In this document: piece after piece, positions 47,341-57,543 of the stretch
How the letters are laid out: every line of letters starts with the position of its first letter
Position numbering within the stretch: position 1 is the first letter of the stretch
The notes under the pieces: model-generated
Seen by the model: only the letters and a program-made list of their open reading frames with translations
What the model was told of the DNA's origin: nothing
Databases searched by the model: none
DNA from: a virus
IMG/VR virus record: IMGVR_UViG_3300032132_000248
Coordinates: 6,895-70,894 of that record
Strand: one strand, 5' to 3'
DNA: 64,000 nt
Position numbers and translations under genes: made by a program

Positions 47341-48773
47341 TATTTTCTCACTAATTTTATTTTTAATAAATCTTTATAAATATCAACTGTTTCTTGTCCA
47401 AATTTATTTCTAATCTTATCAAACCATTCTTTTCTATTATAATATTTAATAAAAGCATCATCTCTAAATTTAAGAATTTCTTCTCTTGTTAAACTATCTG
47501 TTGGATTTGGATAGGAATCTTTAGAATAATATGAATAACCTGAATATGTTGGTGGTAATTTAAATCCTTTACTATGAAGTTCTGTGAAAAGAGGAGAACC
47601 AGGGAAGATCATTGTCGGATTAAAATTTGCCCAACTTGTATTTAATTCTATTGCCAAATCAAGAGTTTCTTGCATAGTTTCCATAGTATCTCCAGACATA
47701 CCAAACATATAATTACTAAGTACCTCTATATCAAATGATTCAATTTTTTTCACTATATCAACAACATCGATTTCTTCAAACTTACCTTTTACTGCATCAG
47801 TCCGAATCTTTCTATTACCACTTTCAACTCCCAGAGCTAACCAATTTACTCCTGCCTTTTTTAGCTTTTCTAAATATTCTTCTCTAACAGTATCTACTCG
47901 AGCGTATGCCCAAATATTAAAATCATATCCCCTTTCAATAATCAAATCACATACCTTTAAAAAATGATTTTTATTTAATACAAACATTTCGTCTGCTATT
48001 TTAATATTTCGTATCCCCATATCAGCAATCTTATCAAACTCTGTTATTATAAATTCAGGATTCCAATATCTAAAAATAGCCTTTCCAAATGGTGCATTAA
48101 TACAACAAAATTCACATTTATAAGGACAACCAAGTGAAGTATAAAGTGCTACAAATGGTGATCTATCATTATTATTTGTCATTGAAAAATGAACTGTATT
48201 TTTGTATTTATCCATTGATGGTAATAAATCCCAGGCCATACCAGGTAAACCTTCTTCAAGATTACCAATAATTGATGTCATATGTGTAAATTTTATTTCT
48301 TTACCATCACGATACCACAATCGTGGAACTTTACTAACGTTAATTAAATCACTCTGGAATAATCCTAATAAAGTATCTACTCCCTCTCCTTCACATACAA
48401 AATCACATTTCTCATCTTGTAAAGTTTTTATTGGTAATGCTGATGGATATAACCCAACCAATATAGTTTTAAATTCATAATCCATTACTTCTAACAACTC
48501 GTGTGTTCCCTGCATACTTTGTGCAGATGCTGATGGATGTTGTCCAAACTGAACAAAACATACCAACTTAGGATTTATTTGTTTTATATGATTATAACTT
48601 TCTTCAGTAGACAATTGTAATGCTTCGCAATCTAATATATCTACTCTGACACCGAGGATTCTCATACTATTCGCTAACAAGGATGCCCAAATAGGCAATT
48701 CTATAGCAGAATATTTTACTAGAGATTGAAAAGTAGTCTTTGATGAATTAGTTTGTACAAATAAAATATCCAC
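47340..48773 (-). CDS. Cobalamin-binding radical SAM protein (methyltransferase-like)
   Basis: GEG, SLGCPYKCEFC, IADEMF, GVESG. Confidence 0.88.
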   Translation of the reverse strand: MDILFVQTNSSKTTFQSLVKYSAIELPIWASLLANSMRILGVRVDILDCEALQLSTEESYNHIKQINPKLVCFVQFGQHPSASAQSMQGTHELLEVMDYEFKTILVGLYPSALPIKTLQDEKCDFVCEGEGVDTLLGLFQSDLINVSKVPRLWYRDGKEIKFTHMTSIIGNLEEGLPGMAWDLLPSMDKYKNTVHFSMTNNNDRSPFVALYTSLGCPYKCEFCCINAPFGKAIFRYWNPEFIITEFDKIADMGIRNIKIADEMFVLNKNHFLKVCDLIIERGYDFNIWAYARVDTVREEYLEKLKKAGVNWLALGVESGNRKIRTDAVKGKFEEIDVVDIVKKIESFDIEVLSNYMFGMSGDTMETMQETLDLAIELNTSWANFNPTMIFPGSPLFTELHSKGFKLPPTYSGYSYYSKDSYPNPTDSLTREEILKFRDDAFIKYYNRKEWFDKIRNKFGQETVDIYKDLLKIKLVRK

Positions 48774-49741
48774 TATATTAGATTTCTCTCATTTAAAAAT
48801 TTCCAATCATCTAGCATTGGTGCTATAATTTTAACATAAAACTTTTTATGTGATTCTGGTGATGGATGTCCTGGATCCTCATAGCCATTTCCCCAAGGAT
48901 CTCTAGCTCCTAAACAAACCCATTCTGCCAACCCCCCATACTCTACTTGATCATCTTCATAAAACCAAAACTTATCAAAATCTATCATATCCCATAAATA
49001 AGTTGCATTTGGATATAAGTCTTTTAACAATGGTGTATCTTTTGATATTTTTCCAGTAGCATTGTCTGGCCAATATCTATCAGGTTTCCATTGTGTATTA
49101 TCTCTCCAAGCAAGATTCCATATTTCATGTCCAAATATTTCATCACCTTCTTCTCTTGCCCATCCGCTTGGAACCTTAAATGAATACTTATTAAATATAT
49201 TTGCCCAACACATCATCTTATATTTTATTCCTAATCTATCTAAATACCATTGAGTTCTCAAAATAGATTCAAATGTATTTATTAAACTCTCTTCCTCTGA
49301 ATAAAAATGCTTCCAATATAAATCTAAAAACTTTGTTACCGCTCTATTACCCCACTGCATATAAGGGATACTACTTTTTATCCAAGTAGAATCTTCATTT
49401 GGATGTCGATTCCATTGTTGATCATGAATAAAATTACCCATCCAATTTTTATGGGGTCCATCGACCCAAAGTTTATGCATTAAATTTTCTCTTTTGGTGG
49501 ATAAAAATTCTTTTCTTGATACACCAGACCACATAATCAAAACGACTATTTCTTCTGGGTTCTTTCCAAGCTTTAACTGGTTATTTACTTCCCATATTAC
49601 ACTTCTACTAATATATGAATTTCCTGCACCCGTATCTCCCACATTAAAATAATGCCCATATTTTTCTTTATTTATATGATATGGCCAAGTTCCCATTGAA
49701 TTAGTAAAACTACAACCTGATGTTATTATTATTTTATCCAT
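48773..49741 (-). CDS. SGNH-like protein (family B)
   Basis: SGCSFT, GAGN.YI.R, MWSG..R, GHPS. Confidence 0.6.
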   Translation of the reverse strand: MDKIIITSGCSFTNSMGTWPYHINKEKYGHYFNVGDTGAGNSYISRSVIWEVNNQLKLGKNPEEIVVLIMWSGVSRKEFLSTKRENLMHKLWVDGPHKNWMGNFIHDQQWNRHPNEDSTWIKSSIPYMQWGNRAVTKFLDLYWKHFYSEEESLINTFESILRTQWYLDRLGIKYKMMCWANIFNKYSFKVPSGWAREEGDEIFGHEIWNLAWRDNTQWKPDRYWPDNATGKISKDTPLLKDLYPNATYLWDMIDFDKFWFYEDDQVEYGGLAEWVCLGARDPWGNGYEDPGHPSPESHKKFYVKIIAPMLDDWKFLNERNLI

Positions 49742-50469
49742 TTTGAAACAACCTTCTCTGTAAACAATTTTTGTGAATTTGCCAATGGATGTCCAGTATT
49801 TTTACCTGCCCCATCAAATCCATCTGTTATATTATCATTAACCCAATCCGCTAATCCACCAAATTCATTATGAAACCACCATTTATTCCAATCCATTATA
49901 TCAAATAAATAAGAAGTATTAGGATATTTTTTATCTATCCTTGTTCCCCTACCCTTTGTTAAAAAATTTTCTTCATCTAAATTTGCAAACAAATTACAAA
50001 ATCCAAAAAACTTATAATCAACATTATTTGCTCGTAAAAAATCTTGTGTTCTAATCATATGTTCTAAACTAATAACTATATTTTGTTCCTCTGTAAAAAA
50101 TTTAAGGTATTCCTCATCAAAATCTTGCCAACTACCTATATGAGCTCCTCTCATAGTTTCTTGGTCGTTCATTTCCCAATCTTTAAACCTATAATGCATT
50201 TTTGTAGTTTCATTATTCACTAATATAGCACGTCTTTGTAACCCTGACCAACCAACTATTACAAAAATATCATCCGAATTATTATCTTTTAATAACTGAT
50301 TGACTTTATATATAACAGAACGACTTATATAATCTTCACCTTGACCGCATGCACCAAGAAGATAAAAACGATATTTATCTTGTATTAAATCTTGTAAATG
50401 CAATGGCCAAGTTCTGTTTGTATTTTCATAGTCCGAAAAACTACAACCACTTGTTACTAAATGTTTCAT
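49729..50469 (-). CDS. SGNH-like protein (family B)
   Basis: SGCSFS, GQG..YI.R, GWSG..R, GHP. Confidence 0.6.
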   Translation of the reverse strand: MKHLVTSGCSFSDYENTNRTWPLHLQDLIQDKYRFYLLGACGQGEDYISRSVIYKVNQLLKDNNSDDIFVIVGWSGLQRRAILVNNETTKMHYRFKDWEMNDQETMRGAHIGSWQDFDEEYLKFFTEEQNIVISLEHMIRTQDFLRANNVDYKFFGFCNLFANLDEENFLTKGRGTRIDKKYPNTSYLFDIMDWNKWWFHNEFGGLADWVNDNITDGFDGAGKNTGHPLANSQKLFTEKVVSKWIK

Positions 50470-50570
50470 TTATAAATAAAAGGATCTCTTTTTCGTAATT
50501 CTTTTATTTTTTTCTTATATAGTCTATGTGATTTAATCTTAAACCACAAATATTTTAACCATTTTATCAT
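50466..50570 (-). CDS. Small basic protein (34 aa) ending KELRKRDPFIYK
   Basis: Manual translation MIKWLKYLWFKIKSHRLYKKKIKELRKRDPFIYK*; fills the gap exactly with an ATGA overlap. Confidence 0.65.
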   Translation of the reverse strand: MIKWLKYLWFKIKSHRLYKKKIKELRKRDPFIYK

Positions 50571-50571
50571 T

Positions 50572-51510
50572 TTATACCCTCCAGTGGGATAAATATTTTA
50601 CTGCAAATTCGTCATCTTCCAAATGTAACATTCTTTTTCTATTATGTTCTACTTTCCATAAAACAGATTTATATATTTCTTCTAATTCAGTTTTATCCAT
50701 ATTACATAATCTTTCTATTTCATCTAAAATTAAATTAAATCTATCTTGGGGATTTTCTATTAAATCATAACTCTCATCAAATAATTCTGGATATGTTTCA
50801 AATCCCCCTTCTTTCAAATACTTTAATATTTCATAATTACCAACAACCATAAAAGGTTGTGTTATCAAAGCCTTACAAGTTTTTTCTGTTATAAAACATC
50901 CGTCCGACCCAAGTGGATTAGATTGTGACTTGGGTTGCAACCCACATTCGGTAACTACATTAAAATATGTTTTACTTACCATATCAGGTATCAAAGTATC
51001 CCATCTCCAATTAGGAATAGTAATATCTTTATCTTTCGGTAAAAATACATCTTCTTTGCGGTAAGAAACAAAACCATATCTTAATAATTTTCGTTCTTTC
51101 AATCCATCAAATATAAATGTCCGGTGTGCCCTAATATTATTATTCAAACAATTATATATCTTTTCTTTTTTTATATCATAATTTATATCTTGATAATTAC
51201 TATATTGTTTTTTACCAAAAGCATATTTTCCAAACCTTAACACTCGTTTACATTCCATAAAATAATAATCATAAGAATATAAAAATTCTCTTTCCACCAT
51301 TGGATTATTATTTAACACTAAAATTTTATTAATTGGAATATCATTATCTCTACAAAATACTTTCCAATCGTTAGCTATAGATTCTGTCATTCCTTCATCA
51401 CTTTGGTCCACTATTAATTTATCTAAATCTTTATCATAAAAAATTCTACTGTCAGGTCCAATAAGTGCTAAATTACTATCCTTTTTTATTTTTTTTATTA
51501 CTTCATTCAC
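50572..51510 (-). CDS. Putative GT10-like glycosyltransferase (family A)
   Basis: CLNNNIRAHR, YFNVVTE, FITEKTCKAL..QPFMVVG, LFDESYD. Confidence 0.5.
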   Translation of the reverse strand: MNEVIKKIKKDSNLALIGPDSRIFYDKDLDKLIVDQSDEGMTESIANDWKVFCRDNDIPINKILVLNNNPMVEREFLYSYDYYFMECKRVLRFGKYAFGKKQYSNYQDINYDIKKEKIYNCLNNNIRAHRTFIFDGLKERKLLRYGFVSYRKEDVFLPKDKDITIPNWRWDTLIPDMVSKTYFNVVTECGLQPKSQSNPLGSDGCFITEKTCKALITQPFMVVGNYEILKYLKEGGFETYPELFDESYDLIENPQDRFNLILDEIERLCNMDKTELEEIYKSVLWKVEHNRKRMLHLEDDEFAVKYLSHWRV

Positions 51511-52775
51511 GTATTTTCTCCTATATGAATAACTTCACACGTATCTTGTTTAGGAATATATCTCCAAGGATCAATTATAATAGAACCGTCATTATATTCA
51601 TAAGAAGTAAAATCAGGATGTTTAGTTCCAATAAAATAAATCATTGGTTCTTTACCAGTAGGTAACTTATTAGTATCTACATATGGATCCCACATTAAAA
51701 CTTTATGACCTCTTTCTTCTAATATATTCTTTAATAATATAGATGGACTACCAACTGTAAGATTAGTTTCTGGTTTAAATGATTTACCAAGTATTAAAAT
51801 TGGATAACCATCTAGACATCCTTTATATTTAAAAGACGTTTCTTCTATTAAATCTGCCAACCAATCTGTTTGATTTTCTCTTTGTTTCATTATGTTATCA
51901 AACCAATCATGAGATAAATTTAACTCTCGTGATAACCAACTTAACGCTATATTGTCTCGTGGATGACAACCACCACCATCTCCCATTCCACCACTTAGAT
52001 ACTTGTCTGAAATTATTCTATTATCGCACATCTTTAATGCATTTGTAACATCATCTACATTAGTATTTGGTAACTTATGACACATCTCCATAACTGTATT
52101 TACAAATGAAATTTTAGTTGAAATAAAAGTATTATAAATTACTTTTATTAATTCCGCATTTTCAATTGTGGTATCATAAAAGGGTGCATGATGTAATGTC
52201 CTATAAAATTTCTTTGCTTTTTTTGCAGCTTCTATATCATCAACTCCAAAAAGAACTATCTCTGGATCAAGAAAATCTCGCATTGTAGTTCCCATAGCTA
52301 TAAAAAAAGGATTATAACATAATTTGAAATATGGATTATCTTCAATAATAGGTTTTATTTCTCTACTAATCGTTCCTGGTAGAACTGTAGAAATTATAAT
52401 TACTACCTTTGTAGATTGTTGATACCAAATTTCCTCTGCTAAATCTTTAATACCTTTTTTCAAATAAGTGTAATCAAAATCCACGCGTTCATCTGGGAGT
52501 CTTGTATTTCCTTCATATAATGGGTCGTGTGGAGTTTGTATTGGAACAAAAATAATCTCTGATTCTCCTACAACATCTTCTATAGATTTAATTTCTATCT
52601 TACTTTTATCTAAATGTTCTTGTGCCCATATTTCTTGATACTGTAATTTCTTTGTATCAATAATATCCTTAACTTGTTCAGAAGGATCATAACCAACTAC
52701 TTTATGACCTCTTGATTCTACTGCTAATGCACAAGGTAAACCAAGTTTTCCTAATCCTATAAAACCTATATTCAT
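51507..52775 (-). CDS. ugd: UDP-glucose/GDP-mannose 6-dehydrogenase family
   Basis: GLGKLG, QTP, STVLPGT, AELIK...N, GGGCHPRD, FKPET. Confidence 0.85.
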   Translation of the reverse strand: MNIGFIGLGKLGLPCALAVESRGHKVVGYDPSEQVKDIIDTKKLQYQEIWAQEHLDKSKIEIKSIEDVVGESEIIFVPIQTPHDPLYEGNTRLPDERVDFDYTYLKKGIKDLAEEIWYQQSTKVVIIISTVLPGTISREIKPIIEDNPYFKLCYNPFFIAMGTTMRDFLDPEIVLFGVDDIEAAKKAKKFYRTLHHAPFYDTTIENAELIKVIYNTFISTKISFVNTVMEMCHKLPNTNVDDVTNALKMCDNRIISDKYLSGGMGDGGGCHPRDNIALSWLSRELNLSHDWFDNIMKQRENQTDWLADLIEETSFKYKGCLDGYPILILGKSFKPETNLTVGSPSILLKNILEERGHKVLMWDPYVDTNKLPTGKEPMIYFIGTKHPDFTSYEYNDGSIIIDPWRYIPKQDTCEVIHIGENT

Positions 52776-52796
52776 TTTAACTCCCCCTCAAACATT

Positions 52797-53909
52797 TTAA
52801 TAACTCTCATATCTATAAATTTTATTAGCTTGATTTTTCAAAACATCTAAACCTTGTCCACACATTACAGCACACCTTTCCATCTTTCCACTTTTAATTT
52901 TTTCTTTTGTCCAAGATTCACTAATTTTTCTAAACAAATCACCCTCTACTATTTCCTTTATACTATGTTTTTTAGCATCCAATTTATCTTTTCCACCAGT
53001 ATCATTAATCATATCCCAAAATTGTTTAGAAGATTTACTATCCTTAACATATTGTCCATACATTCGATCGTGTAACCATCCGCATGGTACCACAAGTCCT
53101 TCAGCAGAAATATAGATTTCTTTCTTTGCCTTTACATGACATTTAATAGAAAGTTCATCTAGATGGTTGTCAAAAGAATTATTCTCTTTTATAATTTTAT
53201 CTATTTTTTCCATTGAAACATTTCTATATTTAGATTCTTCAGGTTTTTCTAAATAATATTCTATATTTCCTTCTTTATCTAAAACCTCTTGCTTTTCAAT
53301 TATAATATGATCCTTTGTTAAAAACCTTGCTGTTTTCTTTAATGTAAATTTTTGAAATCCAAGTTCTTTAGAAAGTTTTTCTATATCTTCAACTTGATGT
53401 TCATTATGTTTAAAAACAAGAAACTCCCATACAGCATTCCCACCACTCTTTATAAAAGATTTTGCATTTCTAATAACTTTATTATAATCTAACCACCGTC
53501 TGTAAATGTGATTAGTATCTTCTAACCCATCTATACTAAAACTTATATAACCATTATCACTAAGAACTTCTGCCAGTTCACTCCACCACTTTTCAGTTCT
53601 GGCAGCACCATTTGTATTTAAACCAATTTCCAGACTTGAATTTACTTCTCTTAACCACTTTATTACTGGTAAAAGTTCTCTTGCCCATATAGGATCTCCA
53701 TAAGTACCACAAAAATATACTAGATTTAATCGTTTTATTAATTCTACTGGTAATATTGTCTTAATATCCTCTAAAGATAATTCACATATTGGTAAATCTT
53801 TAACTGTTTCTCCCCCAAAAATATTTCTTGGACATTGTGGACATCCTGCTCCACATTCACTAGTCAATTCTATTTCACAAATTTCTAAATCATCATAAGA
53901 TACTATCAT
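52797..53909 (-). CDS. Radical SAM/SPASM protein
   Basis: CGAGCPQC, GTYGDP, TNG, SIDG, C-terminal C...PC...CxxxC. Confidence 0.85.
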   Translation of the reverse strand: MIVSYDDLEICEIELTSECGAGCPQCPRNIFGGETVKDLPICELSLEDIKTILPVELIKRLNLVYFCGTYGDPIWARELLPVIKWLREVNSSLEIGLNTNGAARTEKWWSELAEVLSDNGYISFSIDGLEDTNHIYRRWLDYNKVIRNAKSFIKSGGNAVWEFLVFKHNEHQVEDIEKLSKELGFQKFTLKKTARFLTKDHIIIEKQEVLDKEGNIEYYLEKPEESKYRNVSMEKIDKIIKENNSFDNHLDELSIKCHVKAKKEIYISAEGLVVPCGWLHDRMYGQYVKDSKSSKQFWDMINDTGGKDKLDAKKHSIKEIVEGDLFRKISESWTKEKIKSGKMERCAVMCGQGLDVLKNQANKIYRYESY

Positions 53910-53913
53910 TTTG

Positions 53914-54492
53914 TTATCCTCTTATTTCCATACTACTAATAACTACACTCTCTGGTTGATTTAATATCCAATGAATAACTCCTACAATATATGATGGTTC
54001 TAAAGGTATAACTTTATCAAATTTATATTTTAACATTTTTGTATTTATTTGTCCTGGTTCTAAAGTTGTAACCTTTACAGAATTATTTTTAGAAAGTTGT
54101 AACATATTACTAAACTTTTTAAGAGATGACTTAGAAACATTATAAGTTAGTCTATCATAATCTATACCTGGCCAACCACTTGAATTCGCAGAAGAACTAC
54201 ATATATTAATAATATGTCCACTTTTCATTTTTTTGTAAAACTCTAAAGTCAAGAACGAAGCAGACAAAAAATTACTTTCAAAAGTTTCATAAAAACCCTT
54301 TTCAAAAACTCCAGCACAATTCAATACAACACTTGGGTTATATTTATCTACCAATCTTCGTAAAAAATCTTTATCTCTTAAATCACCTTGTTCTCTTGAA
54401 ATTGGAATAACTTCATACATTGTTGAAAAATGTTTTACACATTCTTTTCCAACTCCACCATTAGAACCTATAATTAACATTTGGTTATTCAT
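53914..54492 (-). CDS. Short-chain dehydrogenase/reductase
   Basis: GSNGGVG, NCAG, YNVSK, PGQINT. Confidence 0.85.
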   Translation of the reverse strand: MNNQMLIIGSNGGVGKECVKHFSTMYEVIPISREQGDLRDKDFLRRLVDKYNPSVVLNCAGVFEKGFYETFESNFLSASFLTLEFYKKMKSGHIINICSSSANSSGWPGIDYDRLTYNVSKSSLKKFSNMLQLSKNNSVKVTTLEPGQINTKMLKYKFDKVIPLEPSYIVGVIHWILNQPESVVISSMEIRG

Positions 54493-55813
54493 TTGTTATC
54501 GCCTCTAATTCTTTAAATGCCTTATTAATAAGATTATGATCCTTAATAAGTTTTTCATAATTATATTCTGCTATATATTTTATTTTAGTTAAAAAATTCT
54601 TAATTTCTTTATCATTCATTTGTGATAATCGCTCAACCTCATCTACAATCTTTACCATTCTCCTATACGGATTTTCTATTTCATCATAAGATTCATCAAT
54701 ATATGGATGATATGTTTTAAACCCTACTTGTCTTAAATATCTTATAACTCCTAGATTACCTGCAATTATAAATGGATGTTTATTTGCTATTGCTTTCCAT
54801 ATTTTCTCAGTTAAAAAAATAGTATCTTGAACAAAATTAGTCTCACTTACAAGTGAAAAAAATGATTCCTCATAAGGCCAAGATGGAGATGTATCAAAAT
54901 GATTAGTTTCCCATTTATCTACATCTACCACACTCGGCGATAAAACTGCAAGTTCTTTTAAAGTTTTAAGTTTTTTATCTATAAGCTTTTGCCTAAATTT
55001 AAAATAATGTTTTAAATTTCCTTTCATTAATTTAAAATGAAAATCTTTTTGTATTTTATCAAATGAAACCATTCCTGATGACAATAAATTTCTTTCATAT
55101 AACATTGTAAGAAGTACTAATCTATGTGGATTAATTAAATTTCTATTAAAACATAAAAATTTTTTCTTTGTAATTTTATTTTCATCAAAATTAGCAAGGT
55201 TCCATGTTTTTGGATAATCAACATGCCTGTAACTTGTAAATTCTATCATATGAATATCTTTCTGATCGTTATATTCACTATTTCTTTTCCAATATTTATA
55301 TTGACTTTTTATTTTTAAATTACCATTCACAAATACAAAATTAGATGGATTTATATCCTTTGATTTCAATTCCTTATGAAATTCTTCAAATAAATTTATA
55401 TCCACGTGGTTTATACTAGGTGCTTCCCCTGCATGCCAAACACATATAATAGCATTATCATTACGAACACTTTTTAAAGCAGTTTCACTTATTCCACTAA
55501 ATAATGAATCAATAATTTTTTTACCATCTTGTTCTGATGAATCTAACCATTCTTGTTCATATCCTAACCAACCATATGGATCACCAAATGGTTCTAGTAA
55601 ATATATCCATTTAGTAGTCAGTTCCTTACCTGATAAATCTTCTACACTTCTAACCTCAAAATCTAAATTTATACGCCTTAATAAATGACCCCACCAGGGA
55701 GGCAAATACAATTTAAAAACTCTTCCATCAGCATTTTCTTGATTTAAAACCCCATTAGGTAGTAATACTTTTTGTTTATCATTATTATAAAAATCATATC
55801 CAAATCTAAACAT
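54485..55813 (-). CDS. Putative GT10-like glycosyltransferase (family A)
   Basis: CFNR...HR, FFSLVSET, FLTEKIWKAI..KHPFI, GFKTYHPYIDESYD. Confidence 0.5.
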   Translation of the reverse strand: MFRFGYDFYNNDKQKVLLPNGVLNQENADGRVFKLYLPPWWGHLLRRINLDFEVRSVEDLSGKELTTKWIYLLEPFGDPYGWLGYEQEWLDSSEQDGKKIIDSLFSGISETALKSVRNDNAIICVWHAGEAPSINHVDINLFEEFHKELKSKDINPSNFVFVNGNLKIKSQYKYWKRNSEYNDQKDIHMIEFTSYRHVDYPKTWNLANFDENKITKKKFLCFNRNLINPHRLVLLTMLYERNLLSSGMVSFDKIQKDFHFKLMKGNLKHYFKFRQKLIDKKLKTLKELAVLSPSVVDVDKWETNHFDTSPSWPYEESFFSLVSETNFVQDTIFLTEKIWKAIANKHPFIIAGNLGVIRYLRQVGFKTYHPYIDESYDEIENPYRRMVKIVDEVERLSQMNDKEIKNFLTKIKYIAEYNYEKLIKDHNLINKAFKELEAITNE

Positions 55814-55827
55814 TAATAAAACCTCTT

Positions 55828-57543
55828 TTAAATATTTTTAGCTATCTTTTGTTTATATACTCCTCTATGATAAACATTATAAGTTATATCTAATTTTTTA
55901 AATAATTCTTCTATCCTATCTAATCTATCTAATCTATCATCAACAGTATTATATTCTGTTTCCCATTCTACATTATTTTTATATTCTAAATACTTTCCTT
56001 CCTTTTTCCAACTTTTCTCTAACGGATCCCATAATAAGAAAGCGGAACAAGTTAAAACTTCATGTATAACATCATGAAATTCTTCAACAAAATCCATAGT
56101 CTTTTGAAAATCTTCTTCACCTTCATTTAAATACCCAATTATTAGTTGAAGCATTATCTTTATAGGCCTTTTACTAGTTTTATTAACTTCCCTAATATTT
56201 TCAAAAATTTCTCTGGTGCCTTTTATACTACCATACTTTTTCATATGTTTTAATACTGGTTCAGAAGCTGATTCTAACCCAATAATCATTCTATCAACTC
56301 CAGCATTATTATATAATTTTAAAGTTTCTAAATTTCTCATTGGGCTTTGTAATCTAAAATTACCACCCCAAGTTATATTTCCACTGGTGTCCGAATATGG
56401 CTGGCCATCTGCCCATCCTTTATCAATTATAGCATTACATAATCTTTCTACCCATTCTGGATCCCCATTTACGATTGAATCATGACAAAAAAATGCTCTT
56501 TTATCTTGTTTTATCCACGACTCCATTTCTTTCAGTACATTATCTAAAGGTCTATATCTAAATAAAGGAATAAAAGTAGGCACTGAACAAAATGTACATC
56601 TATATGGACACCCCCTACTAAAATTTATTGGTACGGCTCCACCATAACTTTGTTTATAATAATAATTATCCATCAAATCACTATAATCTGGATACGGTAA
56701 TATATCCAATTCAGTATTATCTCGTGGTATGTTATCAACTATTTTATTATGTTCATTTCTCCAAATTAAACCTTTTATATTTTTCAAAGTTTTTGGAATT
56801 TGATCCGATAATACAAGCTCTGTTAATGTAACCTCTCCATCACCTCTTACAATATAATCAACGAAATTATAATCGTCATATTTATATTCAGTGATTGGTG
56901 CATATCCCCAATTTAATAACTGCACACCATTACCACCTATAATAAGTTTTATTTCAGGCCATTTTTCTTTTACTAATTTACAGATAGCAAGTGTCGCATC
57001 TACATTACCATCAATTATACTAAATCCTACAAATTTTGGTTTTCCTTTTTCTATATATTTTGAAATATAACTGTCTACTATATCGTTTATTTCCTTATAT
57101 TTAAATAATAACTCATAATTTCCCTGTTCGGTATATGTATTAAATAATCTAAAAAATTCAGATTTTTTATCTGGTGGATTTTCGGCAAAATAATCGATTA
57201 CTGGGTCTATAATTTTTACTGATATTTCAGGATTAAATTTTTTAAAATAAGATCTAAGTGAAACTACTCCCGCATAATATCCAGATTCATTTATATTTGG
57301 TACTTGCATTAATAAAACATCTTGAGGCTTTAAATTTTTATACGCTAACAGATGGGTAACTTTCCGATATTTAGCCCGTTCTTTAGAATTTTTTGATTGT
57401 CTAATATAATCACTTAAATCTATTCTTAAATCACCTTCAACATCTTTATTTTTTTCTTTATTTAACGCGCGTTCTTCGGCTCTTAAAAGTCTTTCTTCTC
57501 TAACTAAATCTTGAGCTATAATCTCTTGATAAAGTGTACTCAT
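55828..57543 (-). CDS. Cobalamin-binding radical SAM protein
   Basis: VGFS, IIGG, GDGE, SRGCPYRCTFC, GLESAS..VLKHM.K. Confidence 0.88.
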   Translation of the reverse strand: MSTLYQEIIAQDLVREERLLRAEERALNKEKNKDVEGDLRIDLSDYIRQSKNSKERAKYRKVTHLLAYKNLKPQDVLLMQVPNINESGYYAGVVSLRSYFKKFNPEISVKIIDPVIDYFAENPPDKKSEFFRLFNTYTEQGNYELLFKYKEINDIVDSYISKYIEKGKPKFVGFSIIDGNVDATLAICKLVKEKWPEIKLIIGGNGVQLLNWGYAPITEYKYDDYNFVDYIVRGDGEVTLTELVLSDQIPKTLKNIKGLIWRNEHNKIVDNIPRDNTELDILPYPDYSDLMDNYYYKQSYGGAVPINFSRGCPYRCTFCSVPTFIPLFRYRPLDNVLKEMESWIKQDKRAFFCHDSIVNGDPEWVERLCNAIIDKGWADGQPYSDTSGNITWGGNFRLQSPMRNLETLKLYNNAGVDRMIIGLESASEPVLKHMKKYGSIKGTREIFENIREVNKTSKRPIKIMLQLIIGYLNEGEEDFQKTMDFVEEFHDVIHEVLTCSAFLLWDPLEKSWKKEGKYLEYKNNVEWETEYNTVDDRLDRLDRIEELFKKLDITYNVYHRGVYKQKIAKNI

